DNA of 64,000 nucleotides, taken from assembly GCA_045863395.1 (NCBI GenBank), contig BTVJ01000001.1:362643-426642 (forward strand). The letters are read 5' to 3'. A program made the translations under genes and the position numbers. The first letter of the stretch is position 1, and the number at the start of each line of letters is the position of its first letter. Source of the stretch: Myxococcales bacterium (GTDB lineage Bacteria; Myxococcota_A; UBA9042; JABWCM01; BTVJ01). This document shows positions 29,684-39,315 of the stretch, piece after piece. Below the pieces are notes generated by a model. The model worked only from the letters and a program-made list of their open reading frames with translations. It did not search any database and had not been told where the DNA came from.

Positions 29684-30789
29684 CGCCGCTCCTCGTCCAC
29701 GATCTGCCCCCCCTCCATGCGCCAGGCCACGAGCCCCCCCTCGTGGCGGATGTGCGCCAGGTCCGTGGTGCTCACGAACACCTGCACGCCCGAGCCGTCC
29801 AGGAATGACATCAGCTCCGTGTTCCGGTGCCGGTCGAGCTCGCTCGAGACGTCGTCGAGCAGCAGCACCGGCGAGTACCCGAGCACCTCCTCCAGGTGCA
29901 GGATCTCTCCGATCTTCAAGGCGAGGACCAGCGTCCGGTGCTGCCCCTGGCTCGCGTGGCTCCGGGCCGTCACTCCATCGAGGACGATGCCGAGGTCGTC
30001 CCTGTGGGGGCCGCTCGACGTGCTCCCGCGCGCCGCGTCCCGACGCTTGTCCTGCCCCAGGCGCGCGAGCAACGTCGCCTCCAGATCCTCGATCCCGGCT
30101 GCACTCCCCCGCCAGTCCGACTCATAGCACAACTGAGCGGCGTGTCTCCCGCAAGCGAGGCGCCCGTGCACCGACCCGAAGTGCTGCATGTAGCCCGCCA
30201 GAAACCGCAGCCGCTTGTCCGTGACCCGCGCGCCCGTCGCCGCCACCTGGGCATCGAAGACCTCCAACACGTCGCCCGGCGGCCCCACCAGGTCACGCAG
30301 CAGCGCGTTGCGGCTCTTCAGCGCCGTCTCGAAGGCGCGCAGCTCGTCCCAGTAGGCGGGGAACACGTTGAACACCGCACGGTCGAGAAACGCCCTCCTG
30401 GCCGCTGGTGAGCCCTTGGAGACCTCCAGATCCTCGGGCGCGAAGAGCACCACGGTCAGCGTCCCGAGGGCGTCCTGGAGCCGCCGCGGCCGCTTGCCAT
30501 CGACCGACACGGCGCGCCCCTGCGCCCGGATGTTGATGCGGATGTCGCGGGTGACCTCCCGCCGCACCACGACGCCCCTGGCAGCAGCCTCGTCGCTCCC
30601 CCACCGGATGAGCTCCGGGTTCGTCGCCGACTTGAAGGATCGGAGCGTCCCGAGCAGGTACACGGCCTCGAGCAGGTTCGTCTTGCCCTGTGCGTTGTCG
30701 CCGTGGATGACGTTGAAGCGGGGGTGCGGCTCGATGCTGGCGTCGCGGATGTTGCGGAAGTCGTGCAGGACCAGCCGGTCGACTCTCAT
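29680..30789 (-). CDS. recF: DNA replication and repair protein RecF
   Basis: FRN, GDNAQGKTNLLEA, RRAFLD, GPHRDD, SQGQ, LLLDDVSSELD. Confidence 0.96.
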   Translation of the reverse strand: MRVDRLVLHDFRNIRDASIEPHPRFNVIHGDNAQGKTNLLEAVYLLGTLRSFKSATNPELIRWGSDEAAARGVVVRREVTRDIRINIRAQGRAVSVDGKRPRRLQDALGTLTVVLFAPEDLEVSKGSPAARRAFLDRAVFNVFPAYWDELRAFETALKSRNALLRDLVGPPGDVLEVFDAQVAATGARVTDKRLRFLAGYMQHFGSVHGRLACGRHAAQLCYESDWRGSAAGIEDLEATLLARLGQDKRRDAARGSTSSGPHRDDLGIVLDGVTARSHASQGQHRTLVLALKIGEILHLEEVLGYSPVLLLDDVSSELDRHRNTELMSFLDGSGVQVFVSTTDLAHIRHEGGLVAWRMEGGQIVDEERR

Positions 30790-30796
30790 CAGGCCA

Positions 30797-31921
30797 TCAG
30801 CCGATGCGCATCGGCATGATCACGAACGTGGCGTCGGGGTCCTCGTCGCTCCGGATGACCCCCGGCGAGAACTGGTCGTTGATCTCGAAGCGCACCTCGT
30901 CACCGCCGATGACCCCGAGCACGTCGAGCAGGTACTTGTAGTTGAAGCCGATGACCAGGGGCGGCCCCGAGTACACCACGTCGAGCTCGTCCCGCCCCTC
31001 TCCCGCCTCTGGGTTCTGCGACAGGAGCGTCAGCTTGTCGTCGCGCAGCTCCACCCGGATGATGCTCGCCTTGTTGGTCGTCAACGTCGCGATGCGCCGG
31101 ATGGCATCCATCAGGGGCACCCGCGGGATATGCACGGACAGGTTGCTCTCCGAAGGGATCACCTTGTTGTAGTCCGGGAAGCTCTCCTCGATGCGCCGGA
31201 TGAACATGGTCGCGCCGTCGTTGCGGAACACGGTGTTCGCGTTGACGAAGCCGATCTCCGTGTGGGCCTCGGGCCCGTCGAAGAGCCGCTTGAGCTCGAA
31301 GATGCCCTTCTTGTGGACGATGGCGCTCGCCCCGTCGCCCGCAAATTGGACGCCCTCGACGATCTCTTCCACCTTCGACAGCCGGTGCCCATCCGTGGAC
31401 ACCATGACCAGGCGCACCTGGTCGCCCTCCCGCGGCTGCACCTGAAAGAACACACCGTTCAGGTTCATGCGGGTCTCGTCGTTGGACACGCTGAAGACCG
31501 TCTTGTCGATCATCGCCTGGATGGTCGCCTTGGGCACGCGGAAGGTCACGAGGTCCGTGTCCTCCTGCAGCCGCGGGAACTCCTCGGGGGAGATGCCCGC
31601 CAGGCTGAACCGCGACCGCCCGCAGGTCAGCTCGATCCAGTGGTTGGCCTGGCTCCGGATGCGCACCGGCAGGTCGGGCAGCGACTTGACCACCTCGAAC
31701 AGGTTGCGCCCGTTGACCGCGATGCTCCCCGCCTCATGCACCGTCGCTGGCCACGTGCCGATGAAGATCACGTCATAGTCGGTGCTGGTGAGCTGCACGC
31801 CGCCATCTACGGAGGAGATCAGCACGTGGGACAGCACGTTGATCGTGCTCTTCTTCTCGATGATGCCCTGGGTCTTGTACAGGCCGTTCAGGAAGGTCTG
31901 ACGGTCGATCGTGAACTCCAT
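30797..31921 (-). CDS. dnaN: DNA polymerase III beta sliding clamp
   Basis: TFLNGLYKTQG, VSTDGHRL, FPDYNKVIP, IGFNYKYLLD, VIMPMRI. Confidence 0.96.
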   Translation of the reverse strand: MEFTIDRQTFLNGLYKTQGIIEKKSTINVLSHVLISSVDGGVQLTSTDYDVIFIGTWPATVHEAGSIAVNGRNLFEVVKSLPDLPVRIRSQANHWIELTCGRSRFSLAGISPEEFPRLQEDTDLVTFRVPKATIQAMIDKTVFSVSNDETRMNLNGVFFQVQPREGDQVRLVMVSTDGHRLSKVEEIVEGVQFAGDGASAIVHKKGIFELKRLFDGPEAHTEIGFVNANTVFRNDGATMFIRRIEESFPDYNKVIPSESNLSVHIPRVPLMDAIRRIATLTTNKASIIRVELRDDKLTLLSQNPEAGEGRDELDVVYSGPPLVIGFNYKYLLDVLGVIGGDEVRFEINDQFSPGVIRSDEDPDATFVIMPMRIG

Positions 31922-32039
31922 CTGCGCCTCCGTGGCTCAAGCCGAGCGATGATACCCGAGATGCCGGTCAGCGCAAGCGGTTCGACGCACCCCGCGCGGC
32001 GTCTCGTCCGGGGCACCGCCTCTTGCTCGAGACGCAGGG

Positions 32040-32270
32040 ATCCATGTTCTTTTTATGTTTTTCAGTCGTAGTAGTAAGGGGTGTTGAGTAGTGGAGAACA
32101 CATCAAACCATTGCAATCACATGGGTTTTACCGCTAGATCCTGTGTACGGACTGCCGAAGAGCGCCCCCGGTGATCTGTGGCAAGGCCGGCGCTGGCGGC
32201 GACCACACGTTGTCCACACCCTTCGACCCCACGTTTCACACAGCCTGTCCCCGGGGGGCTGGGGACAGCT
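32040..32270. other. oriC: Putative chromosomal replication origin oriC
   Basis: Minus strand reads TTCTCCACT/TACTCAACA box-like pair, CCCC, TAC-TAC-TAC-GAC trios, then an A-rich tract (32045-32063). Further boxes: TTGTCCACA (32210-32218), TTTCACACA (32234-32242), CTGTCCCCG/TGGGGACAG (32245-32268). IHF-like CATCAAACCATTG at 32101-32113. Directly upstream of dnaN. Confidence 0.75.
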
Positions 32271-32301
32271 CTGCAAGGCCTTGAAGATACCACGGAGCAC
32301 C

Positions 32302-33681
32302 TCAGCCGACCCGTGCGGCCGTGCGCGCCTGGATCTTCAGCAGGAGCCCCATGATGGCGCCCGTGTCGATGCCTGCCTCCTTCGCCATGGGCGTGAACAG
32401 GAAGTCGACCAGGTAGATGTCGTTGAAGACGTTGAGGGTCGGCGCCGCCAGGCGCGCGTAGCGGTCGAAGAAGAGCATCTGCTTCAGGATCAGCAGGAAC
32501 TCTCGCGGCAGCGTCACCCCATACTTCAGCGCCGTCCGGGTGCTCTTGGTTATCATGTCGCCATACTGGATGTCCGCGAGGTTCATGCTGAGCAGCGGCG
32601 AGTAGGTCTCCTCCAGGTCGCGGCCGAAGGCAGGGATGTCCACGTGGGCGGGCGCCGAGCCCATCTCGACGAGCACCCGGGCGAGCCCCTCGAAGTCCTG
32701 CGCCGCGAACGTCAGGATGTAGCGCATCACCATGTGGCGCTGTTCGGCGGAGAAGCGCCCGATGATGCCGAAGTCCAGGAACCCGATCTCTCTGGTCGCG
32801 GGCAGGAACATCAAGTTCCCCGCGTGAACGTCGCCGTGGAAGAACCCGTGCAGCAGCACCGTGAGCAGCCAGGCACGCATGCCGATGCGCAGGTGCTTCT
32901 CCGTGTCGATGGCGTGCTCTCGCGCGGCGGCCACGTCGTCCGCCTTGAAGCCGTAGAACCGCTCCATGGTCAGCACGTGCTCCGCGGTGTGGTCCCAGTG
33001 CACCGCCGGCGCTCGCACGGCCTTCACCCCGTGCTTCGCCATCAAGCCGTTGAACTCCTCCATGTTCCGCGCCTCGGTGCGGAAGTCCATCTCCTCGTGG
33101 ATGGTCTTGGAGAAGTCCTCGACCACCCCCACCACGTTGGCCGCCCGCGCCGCGCGGCTGAACCAGGACACCAGGCGCGCGCCGAGCTTCATGAAGAACA
33201 GGTCGCCGTCGACCCGGTCGGCGATGCCGGGCCGCTGCACCTTCACCACCACCGCTCCCCCGCCGGGGAGCGTGGCGGCGTGCACCTGGGCGATGGAGGC
33301 CGCCGCGATCGGCACCGGCTCGAAGGTCTCGAAGAGCGCATCGTGGGGTCTGCCGAGGTCCGCCTCGATGATCCGGTACACATCGGCGAGGGGGAAGGGC
33401 GGCACCTGGTCCAGGCAGCGCTGGAACTCGGTGGACAGCGCGTCAGGGAACAGCCCCGGGCTCGACGCGATGATCTGGCCGAACTTGATGTAGGTCGGGC
33501 CCAGGTCCTCGAAGAGCTGGCGCAGCGCTGCGGCGCCCGTCAGGGGCCGCCACGCGGCGCCCCTCCCGGTCAGGAGCCACCACAACCTGCGCAGCCCCGT
33601 GACCGACGCCAGCATACGAAGAACGAACCACATCACGAGGGCGCTGATCACGAAGGCGCGACGGAAGATCTTGCGTAGCAT
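32302..33681 (-). CDS. ABC1/AarF/UbiB family atypical kinase
   Basis: LGPTYIKFGQ, AAASIAQVH, VVKVQRPG, FFHGDVHAGN, LDFGIIG. Confidence 0.92.
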   Translation of the reverse strand: MLRKIFRRAFVISALVMWFVLRMLASVTGLRRLWWLLTGRGAAWRPLTGAAALRQLFEDLGPTYIKFGQIIASSPGLFPDALSTEFQRCLDQVPPFPLADVYRIIEADLGRPHDALFETFEPVPIAAASIAQVHAATLPGGGAVVVKVQRPGIADRVDGDLFFMKLGARLVSWFSRAARAANVVGVVEDFSKTIHEEMDFRTEARNMEEFNGLMAKHGVKAVRAPAVHWDHTAEHVLTMERFYGFKADDVAAAREHAIDTEKHLRIGMRAWLLTVLLHGFFHGDVHAGNLMFLPATREIGFLDFGIIGRFSAEQRHMVMRYILTFAAQDFEGLARVLVEMGSAPAHVDIPAFGRDLEETYSPLLSMNLADIQYGDMITKSTRTALKYGVTLPREFLLILKQMLFFDRYARLAAPTLNVFNDIYLVDFLFTPMAKEAGIDTGAIMGLLLKIQARTAARVG

Positions 33682-33764
33682 CGCCCACTCTCGGCAAGTT
33701 GGAGCGCTGAGAGTACGGTCGCCCCGACCCCCGGTCAACGTGACCACGCCCCAACGGAGCTTCG

Positions 33765-34658
33765 ATGCAGACAAGGATTCGATCCCGCGCGCTGTGCGCG
33801 CTTGCCCTGGCCTCGACCCTCGCCTTCCCCCTGGCCCCTCATGCGGCTGCCCAACAGGCGGACGCTGCGGCCCCGGAGGCCGCCCCGGAGGCCACCCTGG
33901 CGCTCCCACCCCCTGCCGCGGACCCCGGCTGGCTGGGGGTGGGTCTGAAGGACGCGGCGGACGCGGCGGCCCAGGGCCTGCCAGCGCCGGTCGCCCAGGT
34001 GAAGATGGCCTTCCGCGGCTCCCCGGCGGAGAAGGCCGGCATCAAGCCTGGCGATCTGGTGCTCGAGGTGGGCGACGTCCGCCTGAGCGCCGGAATGAAA
34101 GAGATGATCGCTCGCGTGAAGAGCCACGCGAAGGGCTCGACGCTGCGCCTGCTCGTGCGGCGCAGCGGCGCCGACCTGGAGCTGAACATCCCCCTGGGCG
34201 CGGTGCCCGATCGGAAGACCATGGTCGACAATGAGTGGCTGAACCGGGAGCTGCCCGCGCTGCCGCTCCGGGACCTGACCACGGACCAGGCCATCGACGT
34301 CGCCGGCCTCCGCGGCAAGGTCCTGCTCATCGACGCCTGGGCCACGTGGTGCGGCCCGTGCAAGCGGTCCATGCCCCTGCTCGAGGAGCTCCAGAAGCAG
34401 TATGCCCTCAAGGGTCTCAAGGTGATCGGCGTGAGCGACGAGGAGCGCCCCGTCATCGAGACCTTCGTCCGCAACCGCCCCGTGGGCTACCAGCTCGCCC
34501 ACGACCCGGACTCCAGCCTGGCCGGGACGCTCTACGTCTCCAGCCTCCCCACCTTCTTCATCGTGGATCGTGGAGGCGTCATCCGCGCCATCAAGTATGG
34601 CACGGAGGGCGCCCAGCAGCTCGAGGCGACCGTCAAGCCCCTGCTCGAAGTGCCCTGA
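33765..34658 (+). CDS. Secreted PDZ plus TlpA-like thioredoxin
   Basis: Signal peptide; PDZ GWLGVGL...GSPAEKAGIKPGDLV; DAWATWCGPC; SLPTFFIVDRGG. Confidence 0.88.
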   Translation: MQTRIRSRALCALALASTLAFPLAPHAAAQQADAAAPEAAPEATLALPPPAADPGWLGVGLKDAADAAAQGLPAPVAQVKMAFRGSPAEKAGIKPGDLVLEVGDVRLSAGMKEMIARVKSHAKGSTLRLLVRRSGADLELNIPLGAVPDRKTMVDNEWLNRELPALPLRDLTTDQAIDVAGLRGKVLLIDAWATWCGPCKRSMPLLEELQKQYALKGLKVIGVSDEERPVIETFVRNRPVGYQLAHDPDSSLAGTLYVSSLPTFFIVDRGGVIRAIKYGTEGAQQLEATVKPLLEVP

Positions 34659-34682
34659 CGCGGCGCCCCTCCAGAGGGGATC

Positions 34683-36689
34683 TCAGCCCTCGGTCCCGGG
34701 GTCCGGTCCGGCGATGACCGACGGCCCGAAGCCGGAGCCACCGAGGCCCTGCAGGAGCAGCTCCAGGTCCGACTCGTCGATGCGCCCGTCCTCGTTCAGA
34801 TCGAAGCGCGGCAGGTAGCCCCCGTTGGGGATGAAGTAGTCGTTGTTCCCGTACTTCACGACGATGTCCCTGCGGAACATCATCGCCATGTCCAGCAGGT
34901 CGGACCCGTCTGCGCTCCCCGACAGGTTGACGTCCCCGGGGAGGGTCCCCCGCGTCCGCTGGAGCAGCGTCCGGGTCGGGTCCGTCGACAGCCGCAGGGG
35001 GGCCTGGTCGAGGTGGCGCGTCGCCGTCACCGACTCGCCATCCACCCACACGGGCTCGAGGTCCACCTTGGTGCCGTCGCGCAGGGTCGCCTGCACCGGC
35101 AGGTGCATCTGGAAGGGCTTGGTCTTCTGCTCGACCCGCAGCGTCACGTCCCACCCACCGTTCGCCGCCACGACCTCCGCGCCGACGTGGAGCACCGGGC
35201 TGCCCGTCCGCAGCATCCACTGGGAGAAGAACCACCCCAGGTCCTTGCCGGACGCGGTCTCGTGGGCCTGGAAGAACTCCTGGATGGACGCCGCCGAGTA
35301 GCCGTAGGTCGCGATGTAGAGCTGCATGCCGGCGATGAAGGCCTCCTCGCCCACCTCGTGGCGCAGCATGTCGAACACCACGCTCGCCTTGTCGTAGGCG
35401 ATGGTCTGGTAGTACGGCGACCCGTACAGTGTGGACGACCCGATGGCCATGTCCGTCTGGAACGGCACCGTATACATGTAGTTCATGCCGTTCTGCACGA
35501 AGTTGGACCGTGTCCCGAAGTCGTTCTCGTAGTGCCAGGCGCTGGAGAACTCGGCGAGCCCCTCGCTCACGCTCACGGAGTCCGCCGACGCGATGTTCAC
35601 CAGGTTGCCCCAGTACTGGTGTGCCAGCTCGTGGCTCATGAGCTGCACCAGCCCGTCGTAGTACCAGCTCACCGGCGTGACCCCGAAGATGTCGGAGAGC
35701 ATCATGATGGTCGCCTGGGGCCCGTAGCCGCCGCCGAAGCTGTTGCCGATCTCGACGATGTCCAGGTTGTTGAACGGGAACGGCGCGTACACCTCCGCGT
35801 AGAAGGCCAGGATGCTCTGCGCGAGCGTCAGCAGGTTCGGCATGTTGGACGCCTTGTCGCTGCGCACGTAGAGGGTGATGGGGTACTCGCCCGACTCATC
35901 GGTGAGGGTCTCGTAGTCCGCCATGGCGAAGGACACGAGCTCGGTCTCGAAGTCGTGGGTGAAGTGGAACGTGCTCTTCCCCGCCTCGGCGTCCTCGGTC
36001 ACCTCCACGAGCCGCCCCGTGGCCGCGACGGTGAGGCCCGTCGGCACGGTGATACGCAGCTCCGTCCGGAACATGTCCAGCATCACGGCGTTGTTGACGG
36101 GGTAGTACCGGGCGTGGGTCAGGTAGCTCAGCGACTTCTTGAACTCGCACGCCTTGACGTAGCCGCCCCCGCCGCAGTCCGGCTTGCCCGAATAGCGCAG
36201 GATGAAGCTCACCTCCTGGCCCTTCTCGGCCGCCACCTCCGGCAGCAGCGTCAGCAGCTGGAACTCGGGCTTCTGCTCGTAGGGGATGGGCACGCCATCC
36301 AGGTCCGTGACCTCCGAGAGCTCGAAGGGCGGGAAGAACATGGCGATCTTGTCCCCAGCCTTGTTCATGGTCAGGGTGACCGTCGACACGACGTCCATCT
36401 GCCCGGTGTCGGGGACGACGTCCACGTCGATGTCGCAGCGGGTCATGTTGTACTGGCCGCCGTAGTTGGTCGGCTCGGTGGGTGCCGGGGCCGCAAGCGG
36501 AGACACCGGCTCGTGCGTGCGAGCCATGCGGCCGAGCAGCACCCCCAGGTCCTCGGCGTCGAACCCGCGGGGCAGGATCAGCGAGCCCCTGTCTCCGCGC
36601 AGCACCTCCCGCGGGAGGGGCTCCATGGCGCTCTGCGCCAAGGCCGTCGTGCTCAGCAGCGTCGCGGTCAGCAGCGTCAGCGTCTTCAC
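34683..36689 (-). CDS. Secreted M1-family zinc metallopeptidase with C-terminal dockerin-like domain
   Basis: Signal peptide; HELAHQYWGN...SEGLAEF (HExxH plus downstream E), YDKASVVFDMLR; C-terminal GDVNLSGSADGSD and DLNEDGRIDESD duplicated Ca-binding loops. Confidence 0.85.
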   Translation of the reverse strand: MKTLTLLTATLLSTTALAQSAMEPLPREVLRGDRGSLILPRGFDAEDLGVLLGRMARTHEPVSPLAAPAPTEPTNYGGQYNMTRCDIDVDVVPDTGQMDVVSTVTLTMNKAGDKIAMFFPPFELSEVTDLDGVPIPYEQKPEFQLLTLLPEVAAEKGQEVSFILRYSGKPDCGGGGYVKACEFKKSLSYLTHARYYPVNNAVMLDMFRTELRITVPTGLTVAATGRLVEVTEDAEAGKSTFHFTHDFETELVSFAMADYETLTDESGEYPITLYVRSDKASNMPNLLTLAQSILAFYAEVYAPFPFNNLDIVEIGNSFGGGYGPQATIMMLSDIFGVTPVSWYYDGLVQLMSHELAHQYWGNLVNIASADSVSVSEGLAEFSSAWHYENDFGTRSNFVQNGMNYMYTVPFQTDMAIGSSTLYGSPYYQTIAYDKASVVFDMLRHEVGEEAFIAGMQLYIATYGYSAASIQEFFQAHETASGKDLGWFFSQWMLRTGSPVLHVGAEVVAANGGWDVTLRVEQKTKPFQMHLPVQATLRDGTKVDLEPVWVDGESVTATRHLDQAPLRLSTDPTRTLLQRTRGTLPGDVNLSGSADGSDLLDMAMMFRRDIVVKYGNNDYFIPNGGYLPRFDLNEDGRIDESDLELLLQGLGGSGFGPSVIAGPDPGTEG

Positions 36690-37408
36690 TCCACACCTCC
36701 CACGACGGGCTCGATCACGATGCTCCCCCCGGACCACACCGTCGGGAGCTGCTCGCCGGACGGTTTGCGCACGTCCTGGCTCTCCTCGACGAAGGTCACC
36801 GAGGTCGTCCCCGCGGCCACCACGTCCAGCTCCGCGCGGAGCAGCAGCGCCTCAGAGATCGGCGCGCCCGCGAGGCTCGCTGGGCCCTGGTGATCGTTGC
36901 TGGCGTTCGGGAACAGGGCGTGGCCGTAGACGAGCTCGCCCGGCGCGCTCTCCATGAGCGCGGTCACGCCCTTGGCCTTCGCCGACGTGAGCACCTCCTT
37001 GGCCTGGCCGCCGGCCCACGAGAGGACCGCCGGGTCCCAGCGCAGCTTGAAGGCGACGCCGAAGACGCTCTCCATGCCCCCCGCCCGAACGTCCACTGCG
37101 ATGCGGCGGGCGTCGAGCTGTGTCACCTCCGCCCGGACCCACGGGCCCTCCGCGGAGCCCCCGGCCGGCGTGAAGGTGGCCTTCCACTGCGGCTCGGGCT
37201 CCACGACCGCGACGTCCTCCATGGGGCTTCCCCCGGTGTCCTCCGTCAAGGTGGGCCCCGTGTCCGTGGACCCGGCGTCCTCGGCGGCCGTCTGCGTGTC
37301 CTTGGTCTCGGCGGGCTTCTCGTCGGCGGAGCAGCCGGCGAGGGAGAGGGCGAGCGCGACCAGGCCAGGCCCGGTGCCGCGCCACCAACGTGTCATGAAG
37401 CTGCGCAT
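36686..37408 (-). CDS. Lipoprotein with cohesin-like domain
   Basis: Lipobox LAG-C, acidic tether, then IAVDVRAGGMESVFGVAFKLRWDPAVLS...LLRAELDVVAAGTTSVTF...SGGSIVIE. Stop overlaps the peptidase start (GTGA). Confidence 0.7.
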   Translation of the reverse strand: MRSFMTRWWRGTGPGLVALALSLAGCSADEKPAETKDTQTAAEDAGSTDTGPTLTEDTGGSPMEDVAVVEPEPQWKATFTPAGGSAEGPWVRAEVTQLDARRIAVDVRAGGMESVFGVAFKLRWDPAVLSWAGGQAKEVLTSAKAKGVTALMESAPGELVYGHALFPNASNDHQGPASLAGAPISEALLLRAELDVVAAGTTSVTFVEESQDVRKPSGEQLPTVWSGGSIVIEPVVGGVE

Positions 37409-37584
37409 GGATCCCCTCCTCGGGGGGGCGGAAGTTCGGAGTGGCGGCATACTCTACGCGAGCGCCAGGAGTCAAGGTAGTGAAGGCTCCTCCTCTACAG
37501 TTACACCCCCTCCGCCCCGCGCCCCCAGTTGCAGCCGCCCGGCGCCCGTGGTACCGCTACGCGCCGGAGAACCGGGAGGACCCC

Positions 37585-38364
37585 ATGATCTTCGATCATC
37601 GACGGATGGCGCTCGCCCCCCTCCTGGGGATGCTGCTCGCGACCACCCCGTCGTTCGCCGACCACCGGGCGAAGCCGTCGCGCCCGACCTCCAGCGAGGG
37701 CGCCTACGCTCTTGACGCGGGGAGCCTCCAGGCGGAGCTGGGCTACCTCCTCGTAGGCTCGGACACCGGCGTCCTCACCCACTCGGTCCCCCTGCTCCTT
37801 CGTCTGGGCGCGGCCAGCTTCGTCGATGTGCGCCTCGGTGTCCCCCTCTTCCAGCACTCGACCGGCTCCTCGGGCTTCGGTGACCTGACCCTCGGCGCCC
37901 GCTTCGTCACCAACGACGAGGGCACCTACCTCCCCGCCTTCGGTCTCCTGGCGCAGCTCACGGCTCCGACGGCGACCGGGTCCTTCGCCGAGGAGCACGT
38001 GGGCCTGGAGACCGCCCTCCAGATCTCCAAGCGCTTCTTCGAGTTCATCGAGCTCGATCTGACCGGCGGGCTGCGCGCCGACTTCGACGCGGGCCGTGGC
38101 GGCGGCCACACCCTGGCGCTCCCCGCGGCCCTCGCGCTGCACTTCGACATCTACGGCGTCATCGACCTCTTCGGCGAGTTCTCCACCCTGACGTGGCTCC
38201 AAGGGGGCCCCGAGACGTTCACGGCCGCTGGGCTCGTCGGCTTCGGCTGGCGCGTCGTCCCCGAGGTGGTCATCGATCTGGCCGCCGAGATCGGCGCCAC
38301 CCGCATGGCCAACGACGTCACCGCCACCATCGGCGTCACCTGGAGCTTCGGCGGCCTCTTCTGA
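37585..38364 (+). CDS. Putative outer-membrane beta-barrel (MetA-pathway/'transporter' family-like)
   Basis: Signal peptide, RPTSSEGAYALDAGSLQAELG, SGFGDLTLGARF, APTATG, alternating beta-strand pattern, aromatic C-terminal strand. Confidence 0.65.
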   Translation: MIFDHRRMALAPLLGMLLATTPSFADHRAKPSRPTSSEGAYALDAGSLQAELGYLLVGSDTGVLTHSVPLLLRLGAASFVDVRLGVPLFQHSTGSSGFGDLTLGARFVTNDEGTYLPAFGLLAQLTAPTATGSFAEEHVGLETALQISKRFFEFIELDLTGGLRADFDAGRGGGHTLALPAALALHFDIYGVIDLFGEFSTLTWLQGGPETFTAAGLVGFGWRVVPEVVIDLAAEIGATRMANDVTATIGVTWSFGGLF

Positions 38365-38366
38365 CG

Positions 38367-38396
38367 TTGACAACCCGGCCCCCCTCGCGCTAGGAC
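38367..38396 (+). promoter_or_regulatory. Sigma70-like promoter for the ureidopropionase-ALDH pair
   Basis: TTGACA-N18-TAGGAC followed by a GGAGG RBS. Confidence 0.45.
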
Positions 38397-38430
38397 CCGG
38401 TGGTTGATCCCATCCACCCGGAGGTAGCCC

Positions 38431-39312
38431 ATGTCCCGTCCCTCATCTCGAATCGTCCGCTGCGGCCTCATCCAGGCCAGCAACGAGGTCGACCCGTCCC
38501 ACTCCATCCAGCAGATCAAGGACGCGATGATCGAGAAGCACCTCGGCTTCATCGCGAAGGCGGCCGAGCAGGGCGTCCAGATCCTCTGCATGCAGGAGAT
38601 CTTCACCGGCCCCTACTTCTGCGCCGAGCAGGACGCGCGGTGGTACGACTCGGCGGAGCAGATCCCCGACGGCCCGACCACGAAGCTGATGATGGAGCAG
38701 GCGAAGAAGCACGGCATGGTCATCGTGGTCCCCATCTACGAGGAGGAGCTCCCGGGGGTCTACTACAACACCGCCTCGGTCATCGACGCGGACGGCACCT
38801 ACCTCGGCAAGTACCGCAAGCACCACATCCCCCACTGCGCGCCCGGCTTCTGGGAGAAGTTCTACTTCAAGCCCGGCAACCTGGGCTACCCGGTGTTCCA
38901 GACGAAGTTCGCCAAGGTCGGCGTCTACATCTGCTATGACCGCCACTTCCCCGAGGGGGCCCGTGCCCTCGGCCTGGGCGGCGCCGAGATCGTCTTCAAC
39001 CCCTCGGCGACGGTCGCCGGCCTCTCCGAGTACCTCTGGAAGCTGGAGCAGCCCGCCCACGCGGTCGCCAACCAGTACTTCGTCGGCGCCATCAACCGCG
39101 TCGGCACCGAGGCGCCCTGGGGCATCGGCCAGTTCTACGGCCAGAGCTACTTCTGCGACCCGCGGGGCCAGATGCTCGCCGTCGGCTCCCGCGACCAGGA
39201 CGAGCTGATCGTCTCCGACCTGAACCTGGACCAGATCCGGGAGGTGCGCAACGTCTGGCAGTTCTTCCGCGACCGGCGGCCCGACAGCTACGGCCCGCTG
39301 ACCGAGGGCTGA
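38431..39312 (+). CDS. Nitrilase-family beta-ureidopropionase (N-carbamoyl-beta-alanine amidohydrolase)
   Basis: Catalytic E-K-C motifs QEIF, YRKHHIP, ICYDRHFPE; FWEKFYF; next to preAT. Confidence 0.85.
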   Translation: MSRPSSRIVRCGLIQASNEVDPSHSIQQIKDAMIEKHLGFIAKAAEQGVQILCMQEIFTGPYFCAEQDARWYDSAEQIPDGPTTKLMMEQAKKHGMVIVVPIYEEELPGVYYNTASVIDADGTYLGKYRKHHIPHCAPGFWEKFYFKPGNLGYPVFQTKFAKVGVYICYDRHFPEGARALGLGGAEIVFNPSATVAGLSEYLWKLEQPAHAVANQYFVGAINRVGTEAPWGIGQFYGQSYFCDPRGQMLAVGSRDQDELIVSDLNLDQIREVRNVWQFFRDRRPDSYGPLTEG

Positions 39313-39315
39313 GCC

